From Eledone cirrhosa (lineage: Eukaryota), in assembly GCA_964016885.1 (NCBI GenBank), contig OZ024745.1:15438001-15502000 (forward strand): DNA of 64,000 bases, read 5' to 3'. Below, piece by piece: positions 24,156 through 40,351 of the stretch. The notes beneath the pieces are model-generated. The model had not been told where the DNA came from and made no database searches. It saw only the letters and a list, made by a program, of their open reading frames with translations. Each line of letters starts with the position of its first letter. The stretch's first letter is position 1. The position numbers and the translations under genes were made by a program.

Positions 24156-27100
24156 ATGTCATATCCTACCTCTATATCACTAGTATTGGTCAGTAAGATA
24201 TACAGTATGTAATATCCTACCTCTATATCACTAGTATTGGTCAGTAAGATATACAGTATGTCATATCCTACCTCTATATCACTAGTATTGGTCAGTAAGG
24301 TATACAGTATTACATATCTTACCTCTATATCACTGGTATTGGTCAGTAAGATATACAGTATGTCATATCCTACCTCTATATCACTAGTATTAGTCAGTAA
24401 GGTATACAGTATTACATATCCTACCTCTATATCACTGGTATTGGTCAGTAAGATATACAGTATGTCATATCCTACCTCTATATCACTAGTATTGGTCAGT
24501 AAGGTATACAGTATTACATATCTTACCTATATATCACTGGTATTGGTCAGTAAGGTATACAGTATGTCATATCTTACCTATATATCACTGGTGTTGGTCA
24601 GTAAGATATACAGTATTACATATCCTACCTATATATCACTAGTATTGGTCAGTAAGGTATACAGTATGTCATATCCTAGTTCTATATCACTAGTATTGGT
24701 CAGTAAGGTATACAGTATGTCATATCCTACCTCTATATCACTAGTATTGGTCAGTAAGGTATACAGTATGTCATATATTACCTCTATATCACTAGTATTG
24801 GTCAGTAAGATATATAGTATGACATATCTTACCTATATATCACTGGTATTGGTCAGTAAGGTATATAGTATGTCATATCCTACCTCTATATCACTGGTAT
24901 TGGTCAGTAAGATATACAGTATGACATATCGTACCTATATATCTCTAGTGTTGGTCAGTAAGGTATACAGTATGTCATATCCTACCTCTATATCACTAGT
25001 ATTGGTCAGTAAGATATATAGTATGACATATCTTACCTCTATATCACTGGTATTGGTCAGTAAGGTATACAGTATGTTATATCCTAGTTCTATATCACTG
25101 GTATTGGTCAGTAAGGTATATAGTATGTCATATCCTCCCTCTATATCAGTGGTATTGGTCAGTAAGGTATACAGTATGTCATATCCTACCTCTATATCAC
25201 TAGTATTGGTCAGTAAGATATATAGTATGTCATATCCTACCTCTATATCACTGGTATTGGTCAGTAAGGTATACATTATGTCATATCCTACCTCTATATC
25301 ACTAGTATTGGTCAGTAAGGTATACAGTATGACATATCTTACCTATATATCTTTAGTGTTAGTCAGTAAGATATAGAGTATGACATATCCTACTTATATA
25401 TCACTAGTAGTGGTCAGTAAGGTATACAGTATGACATATGTTACCTATATATCTCTAGTGTTGGTCAGTAAGATATACAGTATGACATATGCTACCTCTA
25501 TATCAGTGGTATTGGTCAGTAAGGTATATAGTATGACATATCTAACCTCTATATCACTAGTGTTGGTCAGTAACGTATACAGTATGTCATATCTTACCTC
25601 TATATCACTAGTAGTGGTCAGTAAGATATACAGTATGACATATCCTACCTCTATATCACTTGTTTTGGTCAGTAAGATATACAGTATGACATATCCTACC
25701 TCTATATCACTAGTATTGGTCAGTAAGGTATACAGTATGACATATCCTACCTCTATATCACTAGTATTGGTCAGTAAGGTATACAGTATGTCATATCCTA
25801 CCTCTATATCACTGGTATTGGTCAGTAAGGTATACAGTATGTCATATCCTACCTCTATATCACTGGTATTGGTCAGTAAGGTCTACAGTATGTCATATCC
25901 TACCTCTATATCACTGGTATTGGTCAGTAAGGTATACAGTATGTCATATCCTACCTCTATATCACTGGTATTGGTCAGTAAGGTATACAGTATGACATAT
26001 CCTACCTCTATATCACTGGTATTGGTCAGTAAGGTATACAGTATGATATATCCTACCTCTATATCACTGGTATTGGTCAGTAAGGTATACAGTATGTCAT
26101 ATCCTACCTCTATATCACTAGTATTGGTCAGTAAGGTATACAGTATGTCATATCCTACCTCTATATCACTGGTATTGGTCAGTAAGGTATACAGTATGTC
26201 ATATCCTACCTCTATATCACTGGTATTGGTCAGTAAGGTATACAGTATGTCATATCCTACCTCTATATCACTAGTATTGGTCAGTAAGGTATACAGTATG
26301 ACATATCCTACCTCTATATCACTGGTATTGGTCAGTAAGGTATACATTATGTCATATCCTACCTCTATATCACTAGTACTGGTCAGTAAGGTATACAGTA
26401 TGTCATATCCTACCTCTATATCACTAGTACTGGTCAGTAAGATATACAGTATGTCATATCCTACCTCTATATCACTAGTACTGGTCAGTAAGGTATACAG
26501 TATGTCATATCCTACCTCTATATCACTGGTATTGGTCAGTAAGGTATACAGTATGTCATATCCTACCTCTATATCACTAGTACTGGTCAGTAAGGTATAT
26601 AGTATGACATATCTTACCTCTATATCACTAGTACTGGTCAGTAAGGTATATAGTATGACATATCTTACCTCTATATCACTAGTACTGGTCAGTAAGGTAT
26701 ACAGTATGTCATATCCTACCTCTATATCACTAGTATTGGTCAGTAAGGTATATAGTATGTCATATCCTACCTCTATATCACTGGTATTGGTCAGTAAGGT
26801 ATATAGTGTCATATCCTCCCTCTATATCACTGGTATTGGTCAGTAAGGTATACAGTATGTCATATCCTACCTCTATATCAGTGGTATTGGTCAGTAAGGT
26901 ATATAGTATGTCATGTCCTCCTTCAATATAACTGGTATTGGTCAGTAAGATATACAGTATGACATATTTTACCTATATATCTCTAGTGTTGGTCAGTAAG
27001 GTATACAGTATGACATATCTTACCTATATATATTTAGTGTTGGTCAGTAAGATATATAGTATGACATATCTTACCTCTATATCACTAGTGTTGGTCAGTA

Positions 27101-30100
27101 AGGTATACAGTATGTCATATCTTACCTCTATATCACTAATAGTGGTCAGTAAGATATACAGTATGACATATCTTACCTATATATCTGTAGTGTTGGTCAG
27201 TAAGATATACAGTATGACATATCTTACCTCTATATCACTAGTAGTGGTCAGTAAGGTATACAGTATGACATATCTTACCTCTATATCACTAGTAGTGGTC
27301 AGTAAGGTATACAGTATGACATATATTGCCTATATATCTCTATCTTGGTCAGTAAGGTATGCAGTATGACATATCTTACCTATATATCTCTAGTGTTGGT
27401 CAGCAAGCTATACAGTTTGACATAACTTACCTATATATATCTAGCGTTGGTCAGTAAGATATATAGTATGACATATCTTACCTCTATATCATTAGTGTTG
27501 GTCAGTAAGGCATACAGTATGTCATATCTTACCTCTATATCACTAGTATTGGTCAGTAAGGTATACAGTATGTCATATCCTACCTCTATTTCACTGGTAT
27601 TGGTCAGTAAGATATACAGTATGTCATATCCTACCTCTATATCACTAGTATTGGTCAGTAAGGTATACAGTATGTCATATCCTACCTCTATATCACTAGT
27701 ATTGGTCAGTAAGGTATACAGTATGTCATATCCTACCTCTATATCACTGGTATTGGTCAGTAAGATATACAGTATGACATATCCTACCTCTATATCACTA
27801 GTATTGGTCAGTAAGATATACAGTATGTCATATCCTACCTCTATATCACTGGTATTGGTCAGTAAGGTATACAGTATGTTATATCCTACCTCTATATCAC
27901 TGGTATTGGTCAGTAAGATATACAGTATGATATATCCTACCTCTATATCACTAGTATTGGTCAGTAAGATATACAGTATGATATATCCTACCTCTATATC
28001 ACTAGTATTGGTCAGTAAGATATACAGTATGATATATCCTACCTCTATATCACTGGTATTGGTCAGTAAGGTATACAGTATGATATATCCTACCTCTATA
28101 TCACTGGTATTGGTCAGTAAGATATACAGTATGATATATCCTACCTCTATATCACTGGTATTGGTCAGTAAGATATGCAGTATGATATATCCTACCTCAA
28201 TATCACTAGTATTGGTCAGTAAGATATATAGTATGACATATCTTACCTCTATATCACTAGTATTGGTCAGTAAGGTATATAGTATGACATATCCTGCCTC
28301 TATATCACTGGTATTGGTCAGTAAGGTATGCAGTATGTCATATCTTACCTCTATATCACTAGTACTGGTCAGTAAGGTATATAGTATGACATATCTTACC
28401 TCTATATCACTAGTACTGGTCAGTAAGGTATACAGTATTACATATCCTACCTCTATATCACTGGTATTGGTCAGTAAGGTATACAGTATGTCATATCCTA
28501 CCTCTATATCACTGGTATTGGTCAGTAAGGTATACAGTATGTCATATCTTACCTATATATCACTAGTGTTGGTCAGTAAGGTATATAGTATTTCATATCT
28601 TAACTCTATATCACTAGTATTGGTCAGTAAGATATACAGTATGTCATATCCTACCTCTATATCACTGGTATTGGTCAGTAAGGTATACAGTATGTCATAT
28701 CTTACCTCTATATCACTAGTATTGGTCAGTAAGGTCTACATTATGTCATATCCTACCTCTATATCACTAGTATTGGTCAGTAAGGTCTACAGTATGTCAT
28801 ATCCTACCTCTGTATCACTGGTATTGGTCAGTAAGTTATACAGTATGTCATATCCTACCTCTATATCACTAGTATTGGTCAGTAAGATATACAGTATGTC
28901 ATATCCTACCTCTATATCACTGGTATTGGTCAGTAAGTTATACAGTATGTCATATCCTACCTCTATATCACTGGTATTGGTCAGTAAGGTATATAGTATG
29001 TCATATCCTACCTCTATATCACTGGTATTGGTCAGTAAGTTATACAGTATGACATATCCTACCTCTATATCACTAGTATTGGTCAGTAAGGTATACAGTA
29101 TGTCATATCCTACCTATATATCACTGTTATTGGTCAGTAAGGTATACAGTATGTCATATCCTACCTCTATATCACTAGTACTGGTCAGTAAGGTATACAG
29201 TATGACATATCTTACCTATATATCTTTAGTGTTGGTCAGTAAGATATACAGTATGACATATCCTACCTATATATCACTAGTAGTGGTCAGTAAGGTATAC
29301 AGTATGACATATCGTACCTATATATCTCTAGTGTTGGTCAGTAAGATATATAGTATGACATATCTTACCTCTATATCACTAGTGTTGGTCAGTAACGTAT
29401 ACAGTATGTCATATCTTACCTGTATATCACTAGTAGTGGTCAGTAAGATATACAGTATGAGATATCTTACCCATATATCTCTAGTGTTGGTCAGTAAGGT
29501 ATACAGTATGACATATCTTACCTATATATATCTGGTGTTGGTCAGTAAGATATATAGTATGACATATCTTACCTCTATATCACTAGTGTTGGTCAGTAAG
29601 GTATACAGTATGTCATATCTTACCTCTATATCACTAGTAGTGGTCAGTAAGATATACAGTATGACATATCTTACCTATATATCTCTAGTGTTGGTCTGTA
29701 AGGTATACAGTATGACATATCTTACCTATATATCTTTAGTGTTGGTCAGTAAGATATACAGTATGACATATCTTACCTATATATCACTAGTAGTGGTCAG
29801 TAAGGTATACCGTATGACATATCTTACCTATATATCTTTAGTGTTGGTCAGTAAGATATACAGTATGACATATCTTACCTCTATATCACTAGTTGTGGTC
29901 AGTAAGGTATACAGTATGACATATCTTACCTATATATCTCTAGTGTTGGTCAGTAAGCTATACAGTATGACATATCTTACCTATATAATTCTAGTGTTGG
30001 TCAGTAAGATATATAGTATGACATATCTTACCTCTATATCACTAGTGTTGGTCAGTAAGGCATACAGTATGTCATATCTTACCTCTATATCACTAGTAGT

Positions 30101-33100
30101 GGTCAGTAAGATATACAGTATGGCATATCTTATCTATATATCTCTAGTGTTGGTCAGTAAGATATATAGTATAACATATCTTACCTCTATATCACTAGTG
30201 TTGGTCAGTAAGGTATACAGTATCTCATATCTTACCTATATATCACTAGTAGTGGTCAGCAAGTTATACAGTATGACATATCTTACCTATATATCTCTAG
30301 TGTTGGTCAGTAAGGTATACAGTATGACTTATCTTTCCTCTATATCACTAGTGTTGGTCAGTAAGTTATACAGTATGACATATCTTACCTATATATCTCT
30401 ATCTTGGTCAGTAAGGTATACAGTATGATTTATCTTACCTCTATATCACTAGTGTTGGTCAGTAAGTTATACAGTATGTCATATCCTACCTCTATATCAC
30501 TGGTATTGGTCAGTAAGGTATACAGTGTGTCATATCCTACCTCTATATCACTAGTACTGGTCAGTAAGGTATATAGTATGACATATCTTACCTCTATATC
30601 ACTAGTACTGGTCAGTAAGGTATATAGTATGACATATCTTACCTCTATATCACTAGTACTGGTCAGTAAGGTATACAGTATGTCATATCCTACCTCTATA
30701 TCACTAGTATTGGTCAGTAAGGTATATAGTATGTCATATCCTACCTCTATATCACTGGTATTGGTCAGTAAGGTATATAGTGTCATATCCTCCCTCTATA
30801 TCACTGGTATTGGTCAGTAAGGTATACAGTATATCATATCCTACCTCTATATCAGTGGTATTGGTCAGTAAGGTATATAGTATGTCATGTCCTCCCTCAA
30901 TATAACTGGTATTGGTCAGTAAGATATACAGTATGACATATTTTACCTATATATCTCTAGTGTTGGTCAGTAAGGTATACAGTATGACATATCTTACCTA
31001 TATATATTTAGTGTTGGTCAGTAAGATATATAGTATGACATATCTTACCTCTATATCACTAGTGTTGGTCAGTAAGGTATACAGTATGTCATATCTTACC
31101 TCTATATCACTAATAGTGGTCAGTAAGATATACAGTATGACATATCTTACCTATATATCTGTAGTGTTGGTCAGTAAGATATACAGTATGACATATCTTA
31201 CCTCTATATCACTAGTAGTGGTCAGTAAGGTATACAGTATGACATATCTTACCTCTATATCACTAGTAGTGGTCAGTAAGGTATACAGTATGACATATCT
31301 TGCCTATATATCTCTATCTTGGTCAGTAAGGTATGCAGTATGACATATCTTACCTATATATCTCTAGTGTTGGTCAGCAAGCTATACAGTATGACATAAC
31401 TTACCTATATATATCTAGTGTTGGTCAGTAAGATATATAGTATGACATATCTTACCTCTATATCATTAGTGTTGGTCAGTAAGGCATACAGTATGTCATA
31501 TCTTACCTCTATATCACTAGTATTGGTCAGTAAGGTATACAGTATGTCATATCCTACCTCTATTTCACTGGTATTGGTCAGTAAGATATACAGTATGTCA
31601 TATCCTACCTCTATATCACTAGTATTGGTCAGTAAGGTATACAGTATGTCATATCCTACCTCTATATCACTAGTATTGGTCAGTAAGGTATACAGTATGT
31701 CATATCCTACCTCTATATCACTGGTATTGGTCAGTAAGATATACAGTATGACATATCCTACCTCTATATCACTAGTATTGGTCAGTAAGATATACAGTAT
31801 GTCATATCCTACCTCTATATCACTGGTATTGGTCAGTAAGGTATACAGTATGTTATATCCTACCTCTATATCACTGGTATTGGTCAGTAAGATATACAGT
31901 ATGATATATCCTACCTCTATATCACTAGTATTGGTCAGTAAGATATACAGTATGATATATCCTACCTCTATATCACTAGTATTGGTCAGTAAGATATACA
32001 GTATGATATATCCTACCTCTATATCACTGGTATTGGTCAGTAAGGTATACAGTATGATATATCCTACCTCTATATCACTGGTATTGGTCAGTAAGATATA
32101 CAGTATGATATATCCTACCTCTATATCACTGGTATTGGTCAGTAGGATATGCAGTATGATATATCCTACCTCAATATCACTAGTATTGGTCAGTAAGATA
32201 TATAGTATGACATATCTTACCTCTATATCACTAGTATTGGTCAGTAAGGTATATAGTATGACATATCCTGCCTCTATATCACTGGTATTGGTCAGTAAGG
32301 TATACAGTATGTCATATCTTACCTCTATATCACTAGTACTGGTCAGTAAGGTATATAGTATGACATATCTTACCTCTATATCACTAGTACTGGTCAGTAA
32401 GGTATACAGTATTACATATCCTACCTCTATATCACTGGTATTGGTCAGTAAGGTATACAGTATGTCATATCCTACCTCTATATCACTGGTATTGGTCAGT
32501 AAGGTATACAGTATGTCATATCTTACCTATATATCACTAGTGTTGGTCAGTAAGGTATATAGTATTTCATATCTTAACTCTATATCACTAGTATTGGTCA
32601 GTAAGATATACAGTATGTCATATCCTACCTCTATATCACTGGTATTGGTCAGTAAGGTATACAGTATGTCATATCTTACCTCTATATCACTAGTATTGGT
32701 CAGTAAGGTCTACATTATGTCATATCCTACCTCTATATCACTAGTATTGGTCAGTAAGGTCTACAGTATGTCATATCCTACCTCTGTATCACTGGTATTG
32801 GTCAGTAAGTTATACAGTATGTCATATCCTACCTCTATATCACTAGTATTGGTCAGTAAGATATACAGTATGTCATATCCTACCTCTATATCACTGGTAT
32901 TGGTCAGTAAGTTATACAGTATGACATATCCTACCTCTATATCACTAGTATTGGTCAGTAAGGTATACAGTATGTCATATCCTACCTCTATATCACTGGT
33001 ATTGGTCAGTAAGGTATACAGTATGTCATATCCTACCTCTATATCACTAGTACTGGTCAGTAAGGTATACAGTATGACATATCTTACCTATATATCTTTA

Positions 33101-36100
33101 GTGTTGGTCAGTAAGATATACAGTATGACATATCCTACCTATATATCACTAGTAGTGGTCAGTAAGGTATACAGTATGACATATCGTACCTATATATCTC
33201 TAGTGTTGGTCAGTAAGATATATAGTATGACATATCTTACCTCTATATCACTAGTGTTGGTCAGTAACGTATACAGTATGTCATATCTTACCTGTATATC
33301 ACTAGTAGTGGTCAGTAAGATATACAGTATGAGATATCTTACCCATATATCTCTAGTGTTGGTCAGTAAGGTATACAGTATGATATATCTTACCTATATA
33401 TATCTGGTGTTGGTCAGTAAGATATATAGTATGACATATCTTACCTCTATATCACTAGTGTTGGTCAGTAAGGTATACAGTATGTCATATCTTACCTCTA
33501 TATCACTAGTAGTGGTCAGTAAGATATACAGTATGACATATCTTACCTATATATCTCTAGTGTTGGTCTGTAAGGTATACGGTATGACATATCTTACCTA
33601 TATATCTTTAGTGTTGGTCAGTAAGATATACAGTATGACATATCTTACCTATATATCACTAGTAGTGGTCAGTAAGGTATACCGTATGACATATCTTACC
33701 TATATATCTTTAGTGTTGGTCAGTAAGATATACAGTATGACATATCTTACCTCTATATCACTAGTTGTGGTCAGTAAGGTATACAGTATGACATATCTTA
33801 CCTATATATCTCTAGTGTTGGTCAGTAAGCTATACAGTATGACATATCCTACCTATATAATTCTAGTGTTGGTCAGTAAGATATATAGTATGACATATCT
33901 TACCTCTATATCACTAGTGTTGGTCAGTAAGGCATACAGTATGTCATATCTTACCTCTATATCACTAGTAGTGGTCAGTAAGATATACAGTATGGCATAT
34001 CTTATCTATATATCTCTAGTGTTGGTCAGTAAGATATATAGTATAACATATCTTACCTCTATATCACTAGTGTTGGTCAGTAAGGTATACAGTATCTCAT
34101 ATCTTACCTATATATCACTAGTAGTGGTCAGCAAGTTATACAGTATGACATATCTTACCTATATATCTCTAGTGTTGGTCAGTAAGGTATACAGTATGAC
34201 TTATCTTTCCTCTATATCACTAGTGTTGGTCAGTAAGTTATACAGTATGACATATCTTACCTATATATCTCTATCTTGGTCAGTAAGGTATACAGTATGA
34301 TTTATCTTACCTCTATATCACTAGTGTTGGTCAGTAAGTTATACAGTATGTCATATCCTACCTCTATATCACTGGTATTGGTCAGTAAGGTATACAGTAT
34401 GTCATATCCTACCTCTATATCACTAGTACTGGTCAGTAAGGTATTTAGTATGACATATCTTACCTCTATATCACTAGTACTGGTCAGTAAGGTATATAGT
34501 ATGACATATCTTACCTCTATATCACTAGTACTGGTCAGTAAGGTATACAGTATGTCATATCCTACCTCTATATCACTAGTATTGGTCAGTAAGGTATATA
34601 GTATGTCATATCCTACCTCTATATCACTGGTATTGGTCAGTAAGGTATATAGTGTCATATCCTCCCTCTATATCACTGGTATTGGTCAGTAAGGTATACA
34701 GTATGTCATATCCTACCTCTATATCAGTGGTATTGGTCAGTAAGGTATATAGTATGTCATGTCCTCCCTCAATATAACTGGTATTGGTCAGTAAGATATA
34801 CAGTATGACATATTTTACCTATATATCTCTAGTGTTGGTCAGTAAGGTATACAGTATGACATATCGTACCTATATATCTCTAGTGTTGGTCAGTAAGATA
34901 TATAGTATGACATATCTTACCTCTATATCACTAGTGTTGGTCAGTAAGGTATACAGTATGTCATATCTTACCTCTATATCACTAATAGTGGTCAGTAAGA
35001 TATACAGTATGACATATCTTACCTATATATCTGTAGTGTTGGTCAGTAAGATATACAGTATGACATATCTTACCTCTATATCACTAGTAGTGGTCAGTAA
35101 GGTATACAGTATGACATATCTTACCTCTATATCACTAGTAGTGGTCAGTAAGGTATACAGTATGACATATCTTGCCTATATATCTCTATCTTGGTCAGTA
35201 AGGTATGCAGTATGACATATCTTACCTATATATCTCTAGTGTTGGTCAGCAAGCTATACAGTATGACATAACTTACCTATATATATCTAGTGTTGGTCAG
35301 TAAGATATATAGTATGACATATCTTTCCTCTATATCATTAGTGTTGGTCAGTAAGGCATACAGTATGTCATATCTTACCTCTATATCACTAGTATTGGTC
35401 AGTAAGGTATACAGTATGTCATATCCTACCTCTATTTCACTGGTATTGGTCAGTAAGATATACAGTATGTCATATCCTACCTCTATATCACTAGTATTGG
35501 TCAGTAAGGTATACAGTATGTCATATCCTACCTCTATATCACTAGTATTGGTCAGTAAGGTATACAGTATGTCATATCCTACCTCTATATCACTGGTATT
35601 GGTCAGTAAGATATACAGTATGACATATCCTACCTCTATATCACTAGTATTGGTCAGTAAGATATACAGTATGTCATATCCTACCTCTATATCACTGGTA
35701 TTGGTCAGTAAGGTATACAGTATGTTATATCCTACCTCTATATCACTGGTATTGGTCAGTAAGATATACAGTATGATATATCCTACCTCTATATCACTAG
35801 TATTGGTCAGTAAGATATACAGTATGATATATCCTACCTCTATATCACTAGTATTGGTCAGTAAGATATACAGTATGATATATCCTACCTCTATATCACT
35901 GGTATTGGTCAGTAAGGTATACAGTATGATATATCCTACCTCTATATCACTGGTATTGGTCAGTAAGATATACAGTATGATATATCCTACCTCTATATCA
36001 CTGGTATTGGTCAGTAAGATATGCAGTATGATATATCCTACCTCAATATCACTAGTATTGGTCAGTAAGATATATAGTATGACATATCTTACCTCTATAT

Positions 36101-38628
36101 CACTAGTATTGGTCAGTAAGGTATATAGTATGACATATCCTGCCTCTATATCACTGGTATTGGTCAGTAAGGTATACAGTATGTCATATCTTCCCTCTAT
36201 ATCACTAGTACTGGTCAGTAAGGTATATAGTATGACATATCTTACCTCTATATCACTAGTACTGGTCAGTAAGGTATACAGTATTACATATCCTACCTCT
36301 ATATCACTGGTATTGGTCAGTAAGGTATACAGTATGTCATATCCTACCTCTATATCACTGGTATTGGTCAGTAAGGTATACAGTATGTCATATCTTACCT
36401 ATATATCACTAGTGTTGGTCAGTAAGGTATATAGTATTTCATATCTTAACTCTATATCACTAGTATTGGTCAGTAAGATATACAGTATGTCATATCCTAC
36501 CTCTATATCACTGGTATTGGTCAGTAAGGTATACAGTATGTCATATCTTACCTCTATATCACTAGTATTGGTCAGTAAGGTCTACATTATGTCATATCCT
36601 ACCTCTATATCACTAGTATTGGTCAGTAAGGTCTACAGTATGTCATATCCTACCTCTGTATCACTGGTATTGGTCAGTAAGTTATACAGTATGTCATATC
36701 CTACCTCTATATCACTAGTATTGGTCAGTAAGATATACAGTATGTCATATCCTACCTCTATATCACTGGTATTGGTCAGTAAGTTATACAGTATGTCATA
36801 TCCTACCTCTATATCACTGGTATTGGTCAGTAAGGTATATAGTATGTCATATCCTACCTCTATATCACTGGTATTGGTCAGTAAGTTATACAGTATGACA
36901 TATCCTACCTCTATATCACTAGTATTGGTCAGTAAGGTATACAGTATGTCATATCCTACCTCTATATCACTGGTATTGGTCAGTAAGGTATACAGTATGT
37001 CATATCCTACCTCTATATCACTAGTACTGGTCAGTAAGGTATACAGTATGACATATCTTACCTATATATCTTTAGTGTTGGTCAGTAAGATATACAGTAT
37101 GACATATCCTACCTATATATCACTAGTAGTGGTCAGTAAGGTATACAGTATGACATATCGTACCTATATATCTCTAGTGTTGGTCAGTAAGATATATAGT
37201 ATGACATATCTTACCTCTATATCACTAGTGTTGGTCAGTAACGTATACAGTATGTCATATCTTACCTGTATATCACTAGTAGTGGTCAGTAAGATATACA
37301 GTATGAGATATCTTACCCATATATCTCTAGTGTTGGTCAGTAAGGTATACAGTATGACATATCTTACCTATATATATCTGGTGTTGGTCAGTAAGATATA
37401 TAGTATGACATATCTTACCTCTATATCACTAGTGTTGGTCAGTAAGGTATACAGTATGTCATATCTTACCTCTATATCACTAGTAGTGGTCAGTAAGATA
37501 TACAGTATGACATATCTTACCTATATATCTCTAGTGTTGGTCTGTAAGATATACAGTATGACATATCTTACCTATATATCTTTAGTGTTGGTCAGTAAGA
37601 TATACAGTATGACATATCTTACCTATATATCACTAGTAGTGGTCAGTAAGGTATACCGTATGACATATCTTACCTATATATCTTTAGTGTTGGTCAGTAA
37701 GATATACAGTATGACATATCTTACCTCTATATCACTAGTTGTGGTCAGTAAGGTATACAGTATGACATATCTTACCTATATATCTCTAGTGTTGGTCAGT
37801 AAGCTATACAGTATGACATATCTTACCTATATAATTCTAGTGTTGGTCAGTAAGATATATAGTATGACATATCTTACCTCTATATCACTAGTGTTGGTCA
37901 GTAAGGCATACAGTATGTCATATCTTACCTCTATATCACTAGTAGTGGTCAGTAAGATATACAGTATGGCATATCTTATCTATATATCTCTAGTGTTGGT
38001 CAGTAAGATATATAGTATAACATATCTTACCTCTATATCACTAGTGTTGGTCAGTAAGGTATACAGTATCTCATATCTTACCTATATATCACTAGTAGTG
38101 GTCAGCAAGTTATACAGTATGACATATCTTACCTATATATCTCTAGTGTTGGTCAGTAAGGTATACAGTATGACTTATCTTTCCTCTATATCACTAGTGT
38201 TGGTCAGTAAGTTATACAGTATGACATATCTTACCTATATATCTCTATCTTGGTCAGTAAGGTATACAGTATGATTTATCTTACCTCTATATCACTAGTG
38301 TTGGTCAGTAAGTTATACAGTATGACATATCTTACCTATATATCACTAGTAGTGGTCAGTAAGTTATACAGTATGTCATATCTTACCTATATACCTCTAG
38401 TGTTGGTCAGTAAGGTATACAGTATATCATATCTTACCTCTATATCACTAGTGTTGGTCAGTAAGTTATACAGTATGTCATATCTTACTTATATATCACT
38501 AGTTGTGGTCAGTAAGATATACAGTATGACATATCTTACCTCTATATCACTAGTGTTGGTCAGTAAGGTATACAGTATGACATATCTTACCTATATACCT
38601 CTAGTGTTGGTCAGTAAGGTATACAGTA
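24156..38628 (+). repeat. 51-bp satellite array (~284 monomers) with 76-78-monomer higher-order repeat
   Basis: Consensus ATGTCATATCCTACCTCTATATCACTAGTATTGGTCAGTAAGGTATACAGT; diagnostic variants recur at 3974/3872-bp spacing (equivalent ORF starts 26938, 30912, 34784 and 30404, 34276, 38250). Confidence 0.98.
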
Positions 38629-38721
38629 CATGTCAATTGTATCATAAAGTCACAAGTTTAACAGGGAAGACCCCTATGCACCAAACTGAATGTAATGAAA
38701 TTGTGTGTATATGTGTGTGTG

Positions 38722-38876
<155 letters not shown>

Positions 38877-39204
38877 GTGCGTGTGTGTGCGTTTGTGTAT
38901 GTATATATAAGAGGTGAGTGTGTCTGCTTGTGTTACGTACATTAGCTGTTCAGCAAAGAGATCGATTGAATATATAGCAGATATTTGAGATAACAACTGA
39001 ATGGAAGTGGGTTGTACCGACTTAATCCCTTCACAACGGTGCCTTAATATGGTTGATATCATTGAACCTCAAACAATAGATCCTTTCTTTCTTTCTATTC
39101 CTTAATATTTCCAATGTACACACTGTATATACTTGTGAGCATATATTTTGTCAACAATGTGACTTCTTTTTTCCTTTATTTTTGTTTATACATACATACA
39201 TATA

Positions 39205-39349
<145 letters not shown>

Positions 39350-39364
39350 GTGTGTGTGTGTGTG

Positions 39365-39481
<117 letters not shown>

Positions 39482-40351
39482 CGAAGGAAGTGTGGTAAGG
39501 AATGAGGTGGACCATAACGCACCAGAGTACTCGATACATTGGGTAGAGTGGGTAATAAGAAAAGAGTCAGGACCCCGACGGAAGAGCTCAAGCCGTTTCG
39601 ATGGCTATTTCTGGACTAAATTAGAATTTTTAGCCTGGTGAATAAATAGCCGAACTTGTCAAGGGGGTACTTCCTTATATGGGAGGATTGTAGTTGTCAA
39701 GAGGATTGGTTAAAATTTTTGTAAACACAAATAAGTCTATCATGGCATTTGGTTGGAGGTAGGGGTGGCTGAACTTGCCTGTAGAACAATAGGGGAGTGA
39801 GTGGAGCGGTCAAGCGTTGAAAGTGATATGTATACAGCAGATTCTAAGGATAGTGTATGAAGTGGAGGAGGGAGGTTATAGAATAGGTAAATCGAATGAG
39901 AGTAGGAGACAATAAAAGATAATAGAAATAAATAAATAAATATATAAAATTAGATAGTGAGAAATGAATAAAAAAAAATTGCAATGCTATCTTACACTAC
40001 AAGTTAATAAGTTGAGAATAGAAAAAACTTGTAGAAATTGAGTAGTAACAAAACTGATACAAAATTAAAGGGGTTTAACACATCTGCTATAAGTAGTTAG
40101 TAAAAGGTATTCGGCCAATTCTATCTTAAAATTACAGGGGTGGGGCAACTGATGCTACAGAGTCCCGATGGGCTGCATCGGGGTAGGCGAAATGGGAAAG
40201 CAGACGAGGAAGAAAATAGGGGGTGGAAGGAAGTGATAGGATGAGACAGGGGGAAGAAGAAGAGAAAGAGGAAAAGAAAAGTGATACATCTACCTATGTA
40301 AGCTGGGGTTTCCCCTAACTTATTCGGCAAGTGGGGGGTATCAGCCCTTGT

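Noticed and set aside
24156-38628. CRISPR array or bona fide 990-aa genes in the 51-bp array
   Set aside because: There are no unique spacers (the whole monomer repeats), the context is eukaryotic and no cas genes are present. The long ORFs follow from a 51-bp stop-free monomer and are broken by stops and frameshifts, so they are kept only as a hypothesis in findings.
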